DNA from: Pseudomonadota bacterium
GTDB lineage: Bacteria; Pseudomonadota; Alphaproteobacteria; Caulobacterales; Caulobacteraceae
Assembly: GCA_023451375.1 (NCBI GenBank)
Contig: JAEXZS010000097.1
Span: 71,525 to 135,524, forward strand
Direction: 5' to 3'
DNA: 64,000 nucleotides
Part shown: piece by piece, positions 1 through 8,045 of the stretch
Layout: every line of letters begins with the position of its first letter
Position numbering within the stretch: the stretch's first letter is position 1
The notes under the pieces: model-generated
What the model saw: only the letters and a program-made list of their open reading frames with translations
Database searches by the model: none
What the model was told of the DNA's origin: nothing
Made by a program: the position numbers and the translations under genes

Positions 1-654
1 CTTCAGATCCTCGATGCGGAACAGCGCGCCCTCGCCCTCGACCACCAGGCCGTCCAGCTCCTGCGCCTCCAGCCGCGTCCCGCCGTACAGCGCCGTCAGA
101 TGCGCCAGGAAGCCCGGCGCCAGGTTCGCCGCATTGGCCGCCGTCCCCGCCCGGTCCGTCACCGTCCCCGCCTCGGCCATCAGCCGCCGCAGCGCCGGGA
201 TCGGCCGGGGCGTCGTCGTCACCGCCAGCTTCGGATCATTCCCCAGCCTCAGCCCGAACCTCAGGTTCGACAGCACCGCCTCCGGCTCCCGCCAGGCGCA
301 GAACTCGTCGGCCCAGGCCCCGTGGAACTGCGGCCCGCGCAGGCTGTCGGGGTCTTCCGCCGAAAAGGCGTAGGCGGCCGAGCCCGTGTCGGGCCAAACC
401 AACCGTCGACGCCCGGCTTCCCACCGGGGCCGGTCGCCCGGATCGGCCAGCGCCTTGATCCCCGACGGCCCCTCGACCATCACCTCGCGCACATCATGCA
501 AGGCGGGCCCGACCAGGGCCAGGTTCACCAAGCTCTTGCGTGCCATGGTGTCGATCCACACCGCCCCGGCGAAGGTCTTGCCCGACCCCCGACCGCCCAG
601 CAGCAGCCACGTGCGCCAGTCAGGTCGCGTGGGCTGAACCTGGTGATCGTTCAC
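1..654 (-). CDS. Large terminase subunit, GTA-like; 5' part only, continues beyond window start
   Basis: Not in the ORF track because it has no stop in the window. Manual translation gives HQVQPTRPDWRTWLLLGGRGSGKTFAGAVW (Walker A), LRGPQFHGAWADEFCAW (Walker B) and NLAPGFLAHLTALYGGTRLEAQELDG, typical of RcGTA-type TerL. GTG at 654; the frame is open to 873 with an alternative GTG at 801. Confidence 0.9.
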   Translation of the reverse strand, partial: MNDHQVQPTRPDWRTWLLLGGRGSGKTFAGAVWIDTMARKSLVNLALVGPALHDVREVMVEGPSGIKALADPGDRPRWEAGRRRLVWPDTGSAAYAFSAEDPDSLRGPQFHGAWADEFCAWREPEAVLSNLRFGLRLGNDPKLAVTTTPRPIPALRRLMAEAGTVTDRAGTAANAANLAPGFLAHLTALYGGTRLEAQELDGLVVEGEGALFRIEDLK

Positions 655-1045
655 CCGCGCCTTGCGAAGCTCCCGCCTCAGCGGCGCTCCCTTCAGCGTC
701 TCGAGCTCGCTTTCTCTCGATGATGGTGTCGAGCCGATCGCAGTGAGCGGCCAACTCGCGTCGCAGGCGCTCGTCTTCCTCGGGGTCGTAGATCCGTCCA
801 CCCATCTCGTCCTCTTCGCTGTCGGCGACGAGACGCGGTTCCAGCGCGGCCACCGCCTTGGCCGCCCGCGCGATCACGCCGACCGCCCGCGCCAGCTTCT
901 CGGCCTCCGCCACGCCCTCGACCTTCGGCGCGTCGCAGACGGCGTCCAGCGCCTCGTCCACCTTCGCCTTCAGTCGTGCGCAGACATGCCCCAGCCAGCC
1001 GGCGCTCTCGCCCCCGGCCCCCGTCTCGTCCCCATTTCTCGCCAT
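620..1045 (-). CDS. Putative GTA small terminase subunit
   Basis: 141 aa helical-looking protein (MARNGDETG...LRRELAAHCDRL) directly upstream of and overlapping TerL. Assignment is positional. Confidence 0.55.
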   Translation of the reverse strand: MARNGDETGAGGESAGWLGHVCARLKAKVDEALDAVCDAPKVEGVAEAEKLARAVGVIARAAKAVAALEPRLVADSEEDEMGGRIYDPEEDERLRRELAAHCDRLDTIIERKRARDAEGSAAEAGASQGAGERSPGSAHAT

Positions 1046-1101
1046 GAACCAACCATAGCGCACCAGCGTCCTCAGGCGCGTCGATCGCCTCGAGAAAAGC
1101 A

Positions 1102-1114
1102 CAAGCCCATGATT
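1102..1114 (-). promoter_or_regulatory. Putative IHF site upstream of the GTA cluster
   Basis: - strand AATCATGGGCTTG versus consensus WATCAANNNNTTR (1 mismatch), within an AT-rich patch. Confidence 0.5.
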
Positions 1115-1169
1115 TCGTTGAATTCAGACCAGCGTCATTATGAGGGTTCGCCGGCCCGAACCGGCGCCG

Positions 1170-1622
1170 TCAGCCCCGCTCCAGCGCCCACTCCGGCGCC
1201 TCGAAATCCAGCGCGTCCTCGGGCGCCTTCAGCGACAGCTCCGAGATCGTCTGCCCCCGCACCGACACCCCCGCCGCGTGCACCGTCTCCCGGTCGCCCG
1301 ACACCAGCGGATGCCACCACGCCAGCGGCCGCCCCTCGTGGATCCGGCGATAGGCGCACGACTTCGGCATCCACTCCAGCGCCTCGATGTTGCCGGGCGT
1401 CAGCTTGATGCAGTCCGGCACGTGCTTCTTGCGGTTCGCATAGTCCGCGCAGGCGCACCTCTCCGGATCGAACAGCTTGCAGTGCACCCGCGTCGGGATC
1501 ACCTCCCCGGTGTCCTCGTCCTCGAACCGCACCACGCAGCACAGCCCGCACCCGTCGCACAGGCTCTCCCACTCGCGCGGGTCCATCTCGGCCAGGGTCT
1601 TGGTCTGCCAATAGGGCTGCAT
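1170..1622 (-). CDS. ycgN: YcgN family cysteine cluster protein (UPF0260)
   Basis: MQPYWQTKTLAEM..EWESLCDGCGLCC...HVPDC...MPKSCAYR...WHPLVSG. Confidence 0.9.
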   Translation of the reverse strand: MQPYWQTKTLAEMDPREWESLCDGCGLCCVVRFEDEDTGEVIPTRVHCKLFDPERCACADYANRKKHVPDCIKLTPGNIEALEWMPKSCAYRRIHEGRPLAWWHPLVSGDRETVHAAGVSVRGQTISELSLKAPEDALDFEAPEWALERG

Positions 1623-1663
1623 CGGCGCCTCATACGCCGCGAAGCCGGCGAAGTCGCGGCGTT

Positions 1664-2002
1664 TCAGTGCGAAACGGCTCTGGAAAACAGGTTGATGACC
1701 ACCACCCCGCCCACGATCATCGCCAGGCCGACCACCGCCGGCAGGTCCAGCCGCTGCTTGAACAGCACCAGGCCGATCAGCGAGATCGCCACCACGCCCA
1801 GCCCGCTCCAGATCGCATAGGCGATCCCCACCGGCATCTGCTTCAGCGCCAGGCTCAGCAGGTAGAAGGCCGCCAGGTAGCAGACCGCCATCCCCAGCGT
1901 CGGCCATAGCCGGCTGAACTGCTGGGACTTCTGCAGCAGGGTCGTCCCCGCCACCTCCAGCCCGATGGCGCCCAGCAGCGCCGCCCAGGTGGCCGGGCTC
2001 AT
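1664..2002 (-). CDS. SMR family small multidrug efflux transporter (EmrE/QacE-like)
   Basis: 112 aa, 4 TM segments, conserved Glu in AIGLEV, motif PVGIAYAIWSGLG. Confidence 0.9.
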   Translation of the reverse strand: MSPATWAALLGAIGLEVAGTTLLQKSQQFSRLWPTLGMAVCYLAAFYLLSLALKQMPVGIAYAIWSGLGVVAISLIGLVLFKQRLDLPAVVGLAMIVGGVVVINLFSRAVSH

Positions 2003-2577
2003 GCGTCGTTCCCCGTGATCGCATGTCCGGGCGTCAGCAGCGACAGCAGCGCCTTCCGCTGCGCCTGCGACACCTGGTGCGTCCCGAACAGGTCCGACAT
2101 CCACAGCCCGTCGGCGATCAGCCTCAGCATCAGGGCGTCGTCCGCCCCCACCGGATCGCTGGGATCGTCCGTCTTCACCCGCTCGATCCAGCCGTTCCAG
2201 CGCTTGGCCAGCGTCGGCTCGATGGCGCAGGCGGCCAGCACCACCCGGCCGATGCTGACGTCCTGCGGCGTCACCGGCTCGTTCACCGCCGCCCGCAGAT
2301 AGGCCCGCGCGTTGCGGCCATAGGGCTCCGGATCGCGCGCCGCCTCCGCCAGGATGGCGTCGGTGTGCAAAGCCCCCAGGTGATCCATCATCCCCTCCAG
2401 CAGGGCGATCTTGGTCGGGAAATGATGCAGCAGCGCGCCCTTGCTGACGGTCGTCCGCGCCGCCACCGCATCCAGGGTGAAGCCCGACGCGCCCAGTTCG
2501 GCGGCCACCTCCAGGGCCCTGTCGATGATCTGGGCGCGGGTGTCGTCGGGCGCGCGGCGGCGGGCTGAGCTGTCCAT
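1999..2577 (-). CDS. TetR family transcriptional regulator
   Basis: HTH FTLDAVAARTTVSKGALLHHFPTK; 4-nt overlap with the SMR gene. Confidence 0.9.
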   Translation of the reverse strand: MDSSARRRAPDDTRAQIIDRALEVAAELGASGFTLDAVAARTTVSKGALLHHFPTKIALLEGMMDHLGALHTDAILAEAARDPEPYGRNARAYLRAAVNEPVTPQDVSIGRVVLAACAIEPTLAKRWNGWIERVKTDDPSDPVGADDALMLRLIADGLWMSDLFGTHQVSQAQRKALLSLLTPGHAITGNDA

Positions 2578-2586
2578 GCGCTTACA

Positions 2587-2602
2587 TACCGGCTGGACGG
2601 TA
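2587..2602. promoter_or_regulatory. Putative TetR operator
   Basis: TACCG-N6-CGGTA palindrome between a TTGAC -35 element (2606-2610, - strand) and the tetR start. Confidence 0.65.
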
Positions 2603-2619
2603 ACGGTCAACTCCCCAAA

Positions 2620-2787
2620 GATCCTTCCCCGCCTGCGGGAGAGGGGGACAACGGAGTGGTGGAGAAGGCGGACGTCCCGCAGACCTTTCCAGTGGAATCT
2701 CGACCCCACACCCCCTAGATCATGCCCGTTTCCGCCCCCTCCACCTCGCTCCGCGCGGTCCCCCTCCCCGCTTCGCGGTGGAGGATC
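2620..2787. repeat. REP-like paired palindromic intergenic element (family C)
   Basis: Inverted ends GATCCT...AGGATC; arms GGGGGAC..GGTGGAG and CTCCACC..GTCCCCCTCCCC. Confidence 0.65.
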
Positions 2788-2796
2788 GAAAGTCAG

Positions 2797-4617
2797 ATGG
2801 CAGCCAGACCCCCCCTCGTCGCCCTCAAGGATGTCCGCCTCCAGGATGGTCCCCGCCCCCTGTTCGACGGCGTCGACCTCGCGGTCGAACCGCGCAGCCG
2901 CGCCGCCCTGGTCGGCAGGAACGGCGCCGGCAAGTCCACCCTGATGAAGGTCGTCATGGGCCTGATCGAGCCCGACAGCGGCGACCGCTCCGTCCAGGCC
3001 GGCACCCGCTTCGCCTATGTGCCGCAGGAGCCGGTCATCACCGGCGACACCCTGCTGGACTACGCCGCGTCCGGCGAGGCCGAACCCTGGACCGCCGAGG
3101 CCTGGCTGACCACCTTCGGTCTAGATCCCGCCAAGTCCACGCAGGGCCTCTCCGGCGGCGAGACCCGCCGCGCCGCCCTGGCCAAGGCCTTCGCCGAAGA
3201 GCCCGACCTGCTGCTGCTGGACGAGCCCACCAACCACCTCGACATCCTGGCCATCGAACTGCTCGAGAACGAGATCCTCCAGGCGCGCTTCGCCGTTTTG
3301 GTGGTCAGCCACGACCGCGCCTTCCTGAACCGCGTCACCGACACGGTCCATTGGCTGGAGGGCCGCCGCGTCCGCACCCTGAACAAGGGCTTCATCGAGT
3401 TCGACGACTGGTCCGCCAAGGTCATGGAGGAAGAGGCCGAATCCCTCCGTCGCCTGACCAAGAAGATCGAGGCCGAGACCTACACCTTCTACCGCTCCAT
3501 CACCGCCCAGCGCACCCGCAACGAGGGCCGCGCCCGCGCCCTGATGGCCATGCGCGCCGACCGCGCCGAACGGGTCAAGGACCTGCCGCGCGAGCTGAAC
3601 CTCGGCGTCGATTCCGGCGCCGTCTCCGGCAAGCTGGTCGCCGACATCAAGGGCGTGTCGAAGGGCTTTGGCGAGCGCACCCTGTTCCGCAACCTCACCA
3701 CCCGCATCATCCGCGGCGACCGCCTGGGCATCGTCGGCCCCAACGGCGCGGGCAAGACCACCCTGGTCAAGGTGCTGCTCGGCGAGCTCGCCCCCGACGA
3801 GGGAACCGTCCGCATGGGCGCCAACCTCGAGCCCGTCTACCTCGACCAGTCGCGCGAGGGGCTGAGGTCGGACATGAGCCTGTGGGACGCCCTGACCCCC
3901 GGCGGCGGCGACAGCATCCTGGTGCGCGGCCGCTCGATGCACGTCGCCGCCTACGCCAAGGACTTCCTGTTCCAGGAAGCCCAGCTGAAGCAGCCCATCT
4001 CCACCCTGTCCGGCGGCGAGCGCAACCGCCTCCTGCTGGCGAGGGCGTTGGCCAAGCCCGCCAACCTGCTGGTCCTCGACGAGCCGACCAACGACCTGGA
4101 CATGGACACGCTGGACAAGCTGGAGGAGCTGCTGGAGGGCTACGACGGCACCCTGATCCTGGTCTCCCACGACCGCGACTTCATCGACCGCCTGGCCACT
4201 TCCACCCTGGCCCTGAACGGCCGCGGCGACATCGTCGAGACCCCGGGCGGCTGGACCGACTTCATCCGCCAGAATCCCGGCTTCCTCCAGCCCGGCGCCA
4301 ATCCCCGCCCCCAGGACAAGGCCGCCGCCCAGCGCGCCGCCGACAATCCGCCCCCCGCCGCCGCGGCGGCCAGGAAGACCCCCAAACTCTCCTACAAGGA
4401 CGCCCGTCGCCTGGAGGAGCTGGAAAGGCTGATCGAGACCCTCCCCGCCGACATCGCCCGCCACGACGCCACGCTGGCCGACCCCACCCTCTACGCCCGC
4501 GACCCCAAGGCCTTCGACGCCGCCATGAAGGCCGCCGAAAAGGCCCGCGCCGACCTCGAGGCGGCCGAGCTGGAATGGCTGGAGCTGGAAGAGAAGAAGG
4601 CCGCCCTGGCAGGTTGA
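2797..4617 (+). CDS. uup: ABC-F family ATPase Uup
   Basis: Two ABC domains (GRNGAGKST, GPNGAGKTT, LSGGE, LDEPTN), no TM segments, C-terminal KLSYK coiled coil. Confidence 0.88.
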   Translation: MAARPPLVALKDVRLQDGPRPLFDGVDLAVEPRSRAALVGRNGAGKSTLMKVVMGLIEPDSGDRSVQAGTRFAYVPQEPVITGDTLLDYAASGEAEPWTAEAWLTTFGLDPAKSTQGLSGGETRRAALAKAFAEEPDLLLLDEPTNHLDILAIELLENEILQARFAVLVVSHDRAFLNRVTDTVHWLEGRRVRTLNKGFIEFDDWSAKVMEEEAESLRRLTKKIEAETYTFYRSITAQRTRNEGRARALMAMRADRAERVKDLPRELNLGVDSGAVSGKLVADIKGVSKGFGERTLFRNLTTRIIRGDRLGIVGPNGAGKTTLVKVLLGELAPDEGTVRMGANLEPVYLDQSREGLRSDMSLWDALTPGGGDSILVRGRSMHVAAYAKDFLFQEAQLKQPISTLSGGERNRLLLARALAKPANLLVLDEPTNDLDMDTLDKLEELLEGYDGTLILVSHDRDFIDRLATSTLALNGRGDIVETPGGWTDFIRQNPGFLQPGANPRPQDKAAAQRAADNPPPAAAAARKTPKLSYKDARRLEELERLIETLPADIARHDATLADPTLYARDPKAFDAAMKAAEKARADLEAAELEWLELEEKKAALAG

Positions 4618-4639
4618 TCCTCTCGCCTTCAGCTCCCAC

Positions 4640-4718
4640 CGTCCTTCCGGGGCGTCTGACAGCGAGAACGTGGCCCTGGATCCCGGGTTGTTTCGCTCCG
4701 CTCAGCCCCGGAAGGACG
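4640..4718. repeat. Palindromic intergenic repeat (family A, short copy)
   Basis: CGTCCTTCCGGGGC...GCCCCGGAAGGACG, same ends as the copies at 6074 and 46937. Confidence 0.7.
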
Positions 4719-4755
4719 ATCTGGGAGCGTCGGAAACCCTGACGGTCGACTGGTC

Positions 4756-4938
4756 CTAGGCCTGGCTCTCGTCCTTGGTTTCGGCCGTCGTGGCGCCCGG
4801 CTTGGCGAGCCGGCTCTGCGCGACGGCCACGACGATGAAGGCGACGATCCCCAGCGGAAGCCACAGCCCGAATTTGCCGGTCAGCAGGCCGATGATCCCG
4901 CACAGGAGCAGAGCGCCGAAAGGTGTGAACCGCTTCAT
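4756..4938 (-). CDS. Small hypothetical membrane protein (2 TM)
   Basis: 60 aa, two hydrophobic segments and a charged tail. Confidence 0.6.
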   Translation of the reverse strand: MKRFTPFGALLLCGIIGLLTGKFGLWLPLGIVAFIVVAVAQSRLAKPGATTAETKDESQA

Positions 4939-5078
4939 CCCGCCACCCTAGGCGACGCGCTCGGCAGCCGTCCAGACGAAAGCGAAGCGGTATTCCCGTC
5001 GCGCTGGCGTCGCGCGCCGCGCTCCCCTATCTCTCGGCCGTCGCAGCGGACACATTCGTCGATGGCTGACTTCCTCCC

Positions 5079-6059
5079 ATGACCCTCCGCACTCACACCG
5101 TCGACTTCCCGCCGCCGCAGCTGGCCGCCCAGCGCCGCATCAACGCCGTTTTGGCCCGCGCCCCGCGCCTGCGCACCGATCCGTGGCGGATCGACGCCGG
5201 CCAGCGGCTGACGATGTGGCTGGACGCCGCCGCCGGCCGCGTCACCGTTCCCCGCCTGAGAAAGCGCGGCGTGACGGTCGAGATCATCCACACCGAGGGC
5301 GACCATCCCGTCCCCCTGCGCATCCTGCGCCCCAGCGAGCCGCCCCGCGCCGTCATCCTCGACATCCACGGCGGCGGCTGGGTCCTGGGCAGCGCAAGCC
5401 TGAACGACCGGCTGAACGCCCACCTGGCGCGCCACGGCTTCTGCGTCGTCTCGGTCGACTATCGCCTGCTGTCCGAGCGGCGCAAGGTGTTCATCGACTG
5501 CGCCATCCAGGACTGCCTCCACGCCGCCTACTGGACCGTGACCAATGTCGACCGGCTGGGCGCTTCCGACCTGTTCATCTCCGGGGAATCCGCCGGCGGC
5601 CACCTGGCGGCCCTGACCGCCGTCGCCCTGCGCGACCAGGGCCTGATCGACCTGGTGAAGGGCTGCGTCTTCAGCTACGGCGTCTTCGACCTTTCGGGTA
5701 CGGAAAGCGTCCGGTCCGCGGGCCCGGAGACGCTGCTGTTCAACGGCCCCGCCATGCAGGCCGATCTCGCCCGCCTGGCCCCCGACCGCGACGAGGCGGG
5801 CCTGCGCCGGCCCGACGTCTCGCCCCTCTACGCCGACCTGACCGGCCTGCCCCCCGCCCTGTTCCTGGCCGGGGAATACGACCCCCTGTTCGAGGACAGC
5901 CTCCTGATGGCGACCCGCTGGGGCGAGGCCTCGGACGCCGACCTGATCCGCGCGCCGGAGACGCCGCACGGCTTCCTGCATTTCGGCGGCCCGGCCGCGC
6001 GCGGCGCGCGGGCGGCGATCCGGCGTTGGCTGGACGCGCGGCTCCACGCCATCCGGTAA
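5079..6059 (+). CDS. Alpha/beta hydrolase, HSL-family esterase
   Basis: HGGGW oxyanion motif, GESAGG nucleophile, DPL and HGF triad motifs. Confidence 0.88.
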   Translation: MTLRTHTVDFPPPQLAAQRRINAVLARAPRLRTDPWRIDAGQRLTMWLDAAAGRVTVPRLRKRGVTVEIIHTEGDHPVPLRILRPSEPPRAVILDIHGGGWVLGSASLNDRLNAHLARHGFCVVSVDYRLLSERRKVFIDCAIQDCLHAAYWTVTNVDRLGASDLFISGESAGGHLAALTAVALRDQGLIDLVKGCVFSYGVFDLSGTESVRSAGPETLLFNGPAMQADLARLAPDRDEAGLRRPDVSPLYADLTGLPPALFLAGEYDPLFEDSLLMATRWGEASDADLIRAPETPHGFLHFGGPAARGARAAIRRWLDARLHAIR

Positions 6060-6073
6060 TCGCCCTCCCCGGT

Positions 6074-6195
6074 TCGTCCTTCCGGGGCCGAGCGCAGCGA
6101 GGAACCCGGAACCCAGGGGGCGTGCCTCGGCGCCGGGCTCATCAGGCGCCGCGACTGTCCTCCTGGGTTCCCCCGCGGACGCCCCGGAATGACGA
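6074..6195. repeat. Palindromic intergenic repeat (family A)
   Basis: TCGTCCTTCCGGGGC..GAACCCGGAACCCAGG...CCTGGGTTCC..GCCCCGGAATGACGA. Confidence 0.75.
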
Positions 6196-6298
6196 TCAAA
6201 GCCGAGGCGGGGGAACGTAGGGCGAACCCGCTGAAACCAAAAGCCAAGCTGGGGATTGGGTCCTGATCGACGTTCGCTGATCAGGAGGAACCAGGCCG

Positions 6299-6730
6299 AT
6301 GCTCGCTGGAACAGGGGTCAGACCCGCGCTTCACACCCTACACGCCCTGCTGCTGGCGTTTCCGATCGCCCTCTTCACCTTCGCCCTGTTCACAGACATC
6401 GCCTATCTGAGGACGGCCCAGATCCAGTGGTCGAACTTCTCGGCCTGGCTGATCACCGGCGCCCTGGTCTTCGGCGGGATCGTCGGCGTCTTCGCCCTGG
6501 TGGAGCTGTTCCTGGCCTGGCGGCGCGGGACCGGCCGGCGGATGCTGCTCTATGTCGGCCTGCTGTTCCTGGCCTGGATCGTCGGCCTGGTGAACATCTT
6601 CAAGCACAGCCAGGACGCCTGGAGCTCGGTGGGCGCCTTCGGCCTGACCCTGTCGATCCTCTCTACCCTGCTGGCGCTGGCCGCCGGCTGGATCGCCTAT
6701 TCCAACCTGACCCGCCGGGAGACCGTCTGA
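6299..6730 (+). CDS. DUF2231-like membrane protein
   Basis: LHALLLAFPIALF..TDIAY..QWSNFSAWLI; 4 TM segments; upstream AGGAGG. Confidence 0.75.
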   Translation: MLAGTGVRPALHTLHALLLAFPIALFTFALFTDIAYLRTAQIQWSNFSAWLITGALVFGGIVGVFALVELFLAWRRGTGRRMLLYVGLLFLAWIVGLVNIFKHSQDAWSSVGAFGLTLSILSTLLALAAGWIAYSNLTRRETV

Positions 6731-8028
6731 TGCTCAAGCGACTTCTCGGCGCGACCGCCCTCAGCCTGACCCTGGCCGCCTGCGGCAGCCCCAGCGACCC
6801 CGAGCTGAACCAGACCGGTCCGCGCCCCGACCTGCCCGGCCTGGACCAGACCCTGATCCCGCCGATGAAGATCTCGCCGCCCGCCGGCTGGAACGGCGAG
6901 CTGCCGACGGTCCCGGCCGGCTTCACGGTCACGGCCTTCGCCACCGACTTGAAGATCCCGCGCCAGATGCTGGTCCTGCCCAACGGCGACGTGCTGGTGG
7001 CCGAGGGCGCGGGCGGCGCGGACGCGCCCAAGATGCGGCCCAAGGACGTCATCGCCGGCGTGATCAAGGCCAAGGGCAAGAGCAGCGTGAAGGGCGGCGA
7101 CCGCATCACCCTGCTGCGCGACGCCGACAACGACGGCACGCCCGAACTCCGCGCCGTTCTGGTCGAGAACCTGAACGCCCCCTACGGCCTGGCCTATGTC
7201 GACGGCGCGCTCTACGTCGCCGAGCAGGACGCCCTGACGCGATTTCCGTTCCAGCCGGGCCAGACCGGCATCTCGGTCCCCGGCCAGCAGGTGACCAAGC
7301 TGCCGTCGGAGATCAACCACCACTGGACCAAGGCGATGACCGCCAGCGCCGACGGCCGCCTGCTCTATGTCGGCATCGGCTCCAACTCGAACGTCGGCGA
7401 GCGCGGCATGGCGGTCGAGCAGGACCGCGCCGTGGTGTGGGAGATCGACCGGACGACCGGCGCCCACCGCACCATCGCCGAGGGCATCCGCAACCCCACC
7501 GCCCTGGCCATCGAGCCGACCACCAACCTGCTGTGGTCCGTGGTCAACGAGCGTGACGAGCTGGGTCCGCAGCTGGTCCCCGACTATCTGACCCAGGTCC
7601 GCGACGGCGCCTTCTACGGCTGGCCCTACAGCTATTGGGGCAAGTCACTGGACCCGCGCGTCCATCCGCAGAAGCCGGAACTGGTCGCCCGCGCCATCGC
7701 CCCGGACTACGCCCTGGGTTCGCACGTCGCGGCGCTGGGCCTGGACTTCGTCCGCGACGGCGGCTTCGGCGGGACCTTCGCCAACGGCGCCTTCGTCGGC
7801 ATGCACGGCAGCTGGAACCGTCAGGACCCGTCCGGCTACAAGGTCGTCTGGATTCCGTTCGTCAACGGCCGGCCCGCCGGCGAGCCGGTGGACTTCGCCA
7901 CGGGCTTCCTGAAGGACGGCAAGGCGCGCGGCCGCCCGGTCGGCGTCGCCTTCGACCCGGCCAAGCGCATCCTGCTGGTCGCCGACGACCTGTCCAACAC
8001 CGTCTGGCGCATCGCGCCGGCCGGCTGA
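6730..8028 (+). CDS. Sorbosone dehydrogenase family (PQQ-dependent sugar dehydrogenase) lipoprotein
   Basis: Lipobox LAAC; motifs INHHWTK, YVGIGSNSN, GIRNP, VNERDELG, FYGWPY, HGSWNR; TGATG coupling to the upstream gene. Confidence 0.88.
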   Translation: MLKRLLGATALSLTLAACGSPSDPELNQTGPRPDLPGLDQTLIPPMKISPPAGWNGELPTVPAGFTVTAFATDLKIPRQMLVLPNGDVLVAEGAGGADAPKMRPKDVIAGVIKAKGKSSVKGGDRITLLRDADNDGTPELRAVLVENLNAPYGLAYVDGALYVAEQDALTRFPFQPGQTGISVPGQQVTKLPSEINHHWTKAMTASADGRLLYVGIGSNSNVGERGMAVEQDRAVVWEIDRTTGAHRTIAEGIRNPTALAIEPTTNLLWSVVNERDELGPQLVPDYLTQVRDGAFYGWPYSYWGKSLDPRVHPQKPELVARAIAPDYALGSHVAALGLDFVRDGGFGGTFANGAFVGMHGSWNRQDPSGYKVVWIPFVNGRPAGEPVDFATGFLKDGKARGRPVGVAFDPAKRILLVADDLSNTVWRIAPAG

Positions 8029-8045
8029 GGGCGCCCCCGCGCGAC

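Noticed and set aside
1..1045. Prophage call for the terminase genes
   Set aside because: No integrase, repressor, att site or composition shift in view. GTA is more parsimonious, although the rest of the cluster is outside the window.
2778..4742. 654-aa alternative-frame ORF over uup
   Set aside because: Arg/Pro-rich shadow frame typical of high-GC DNA, with no motifs
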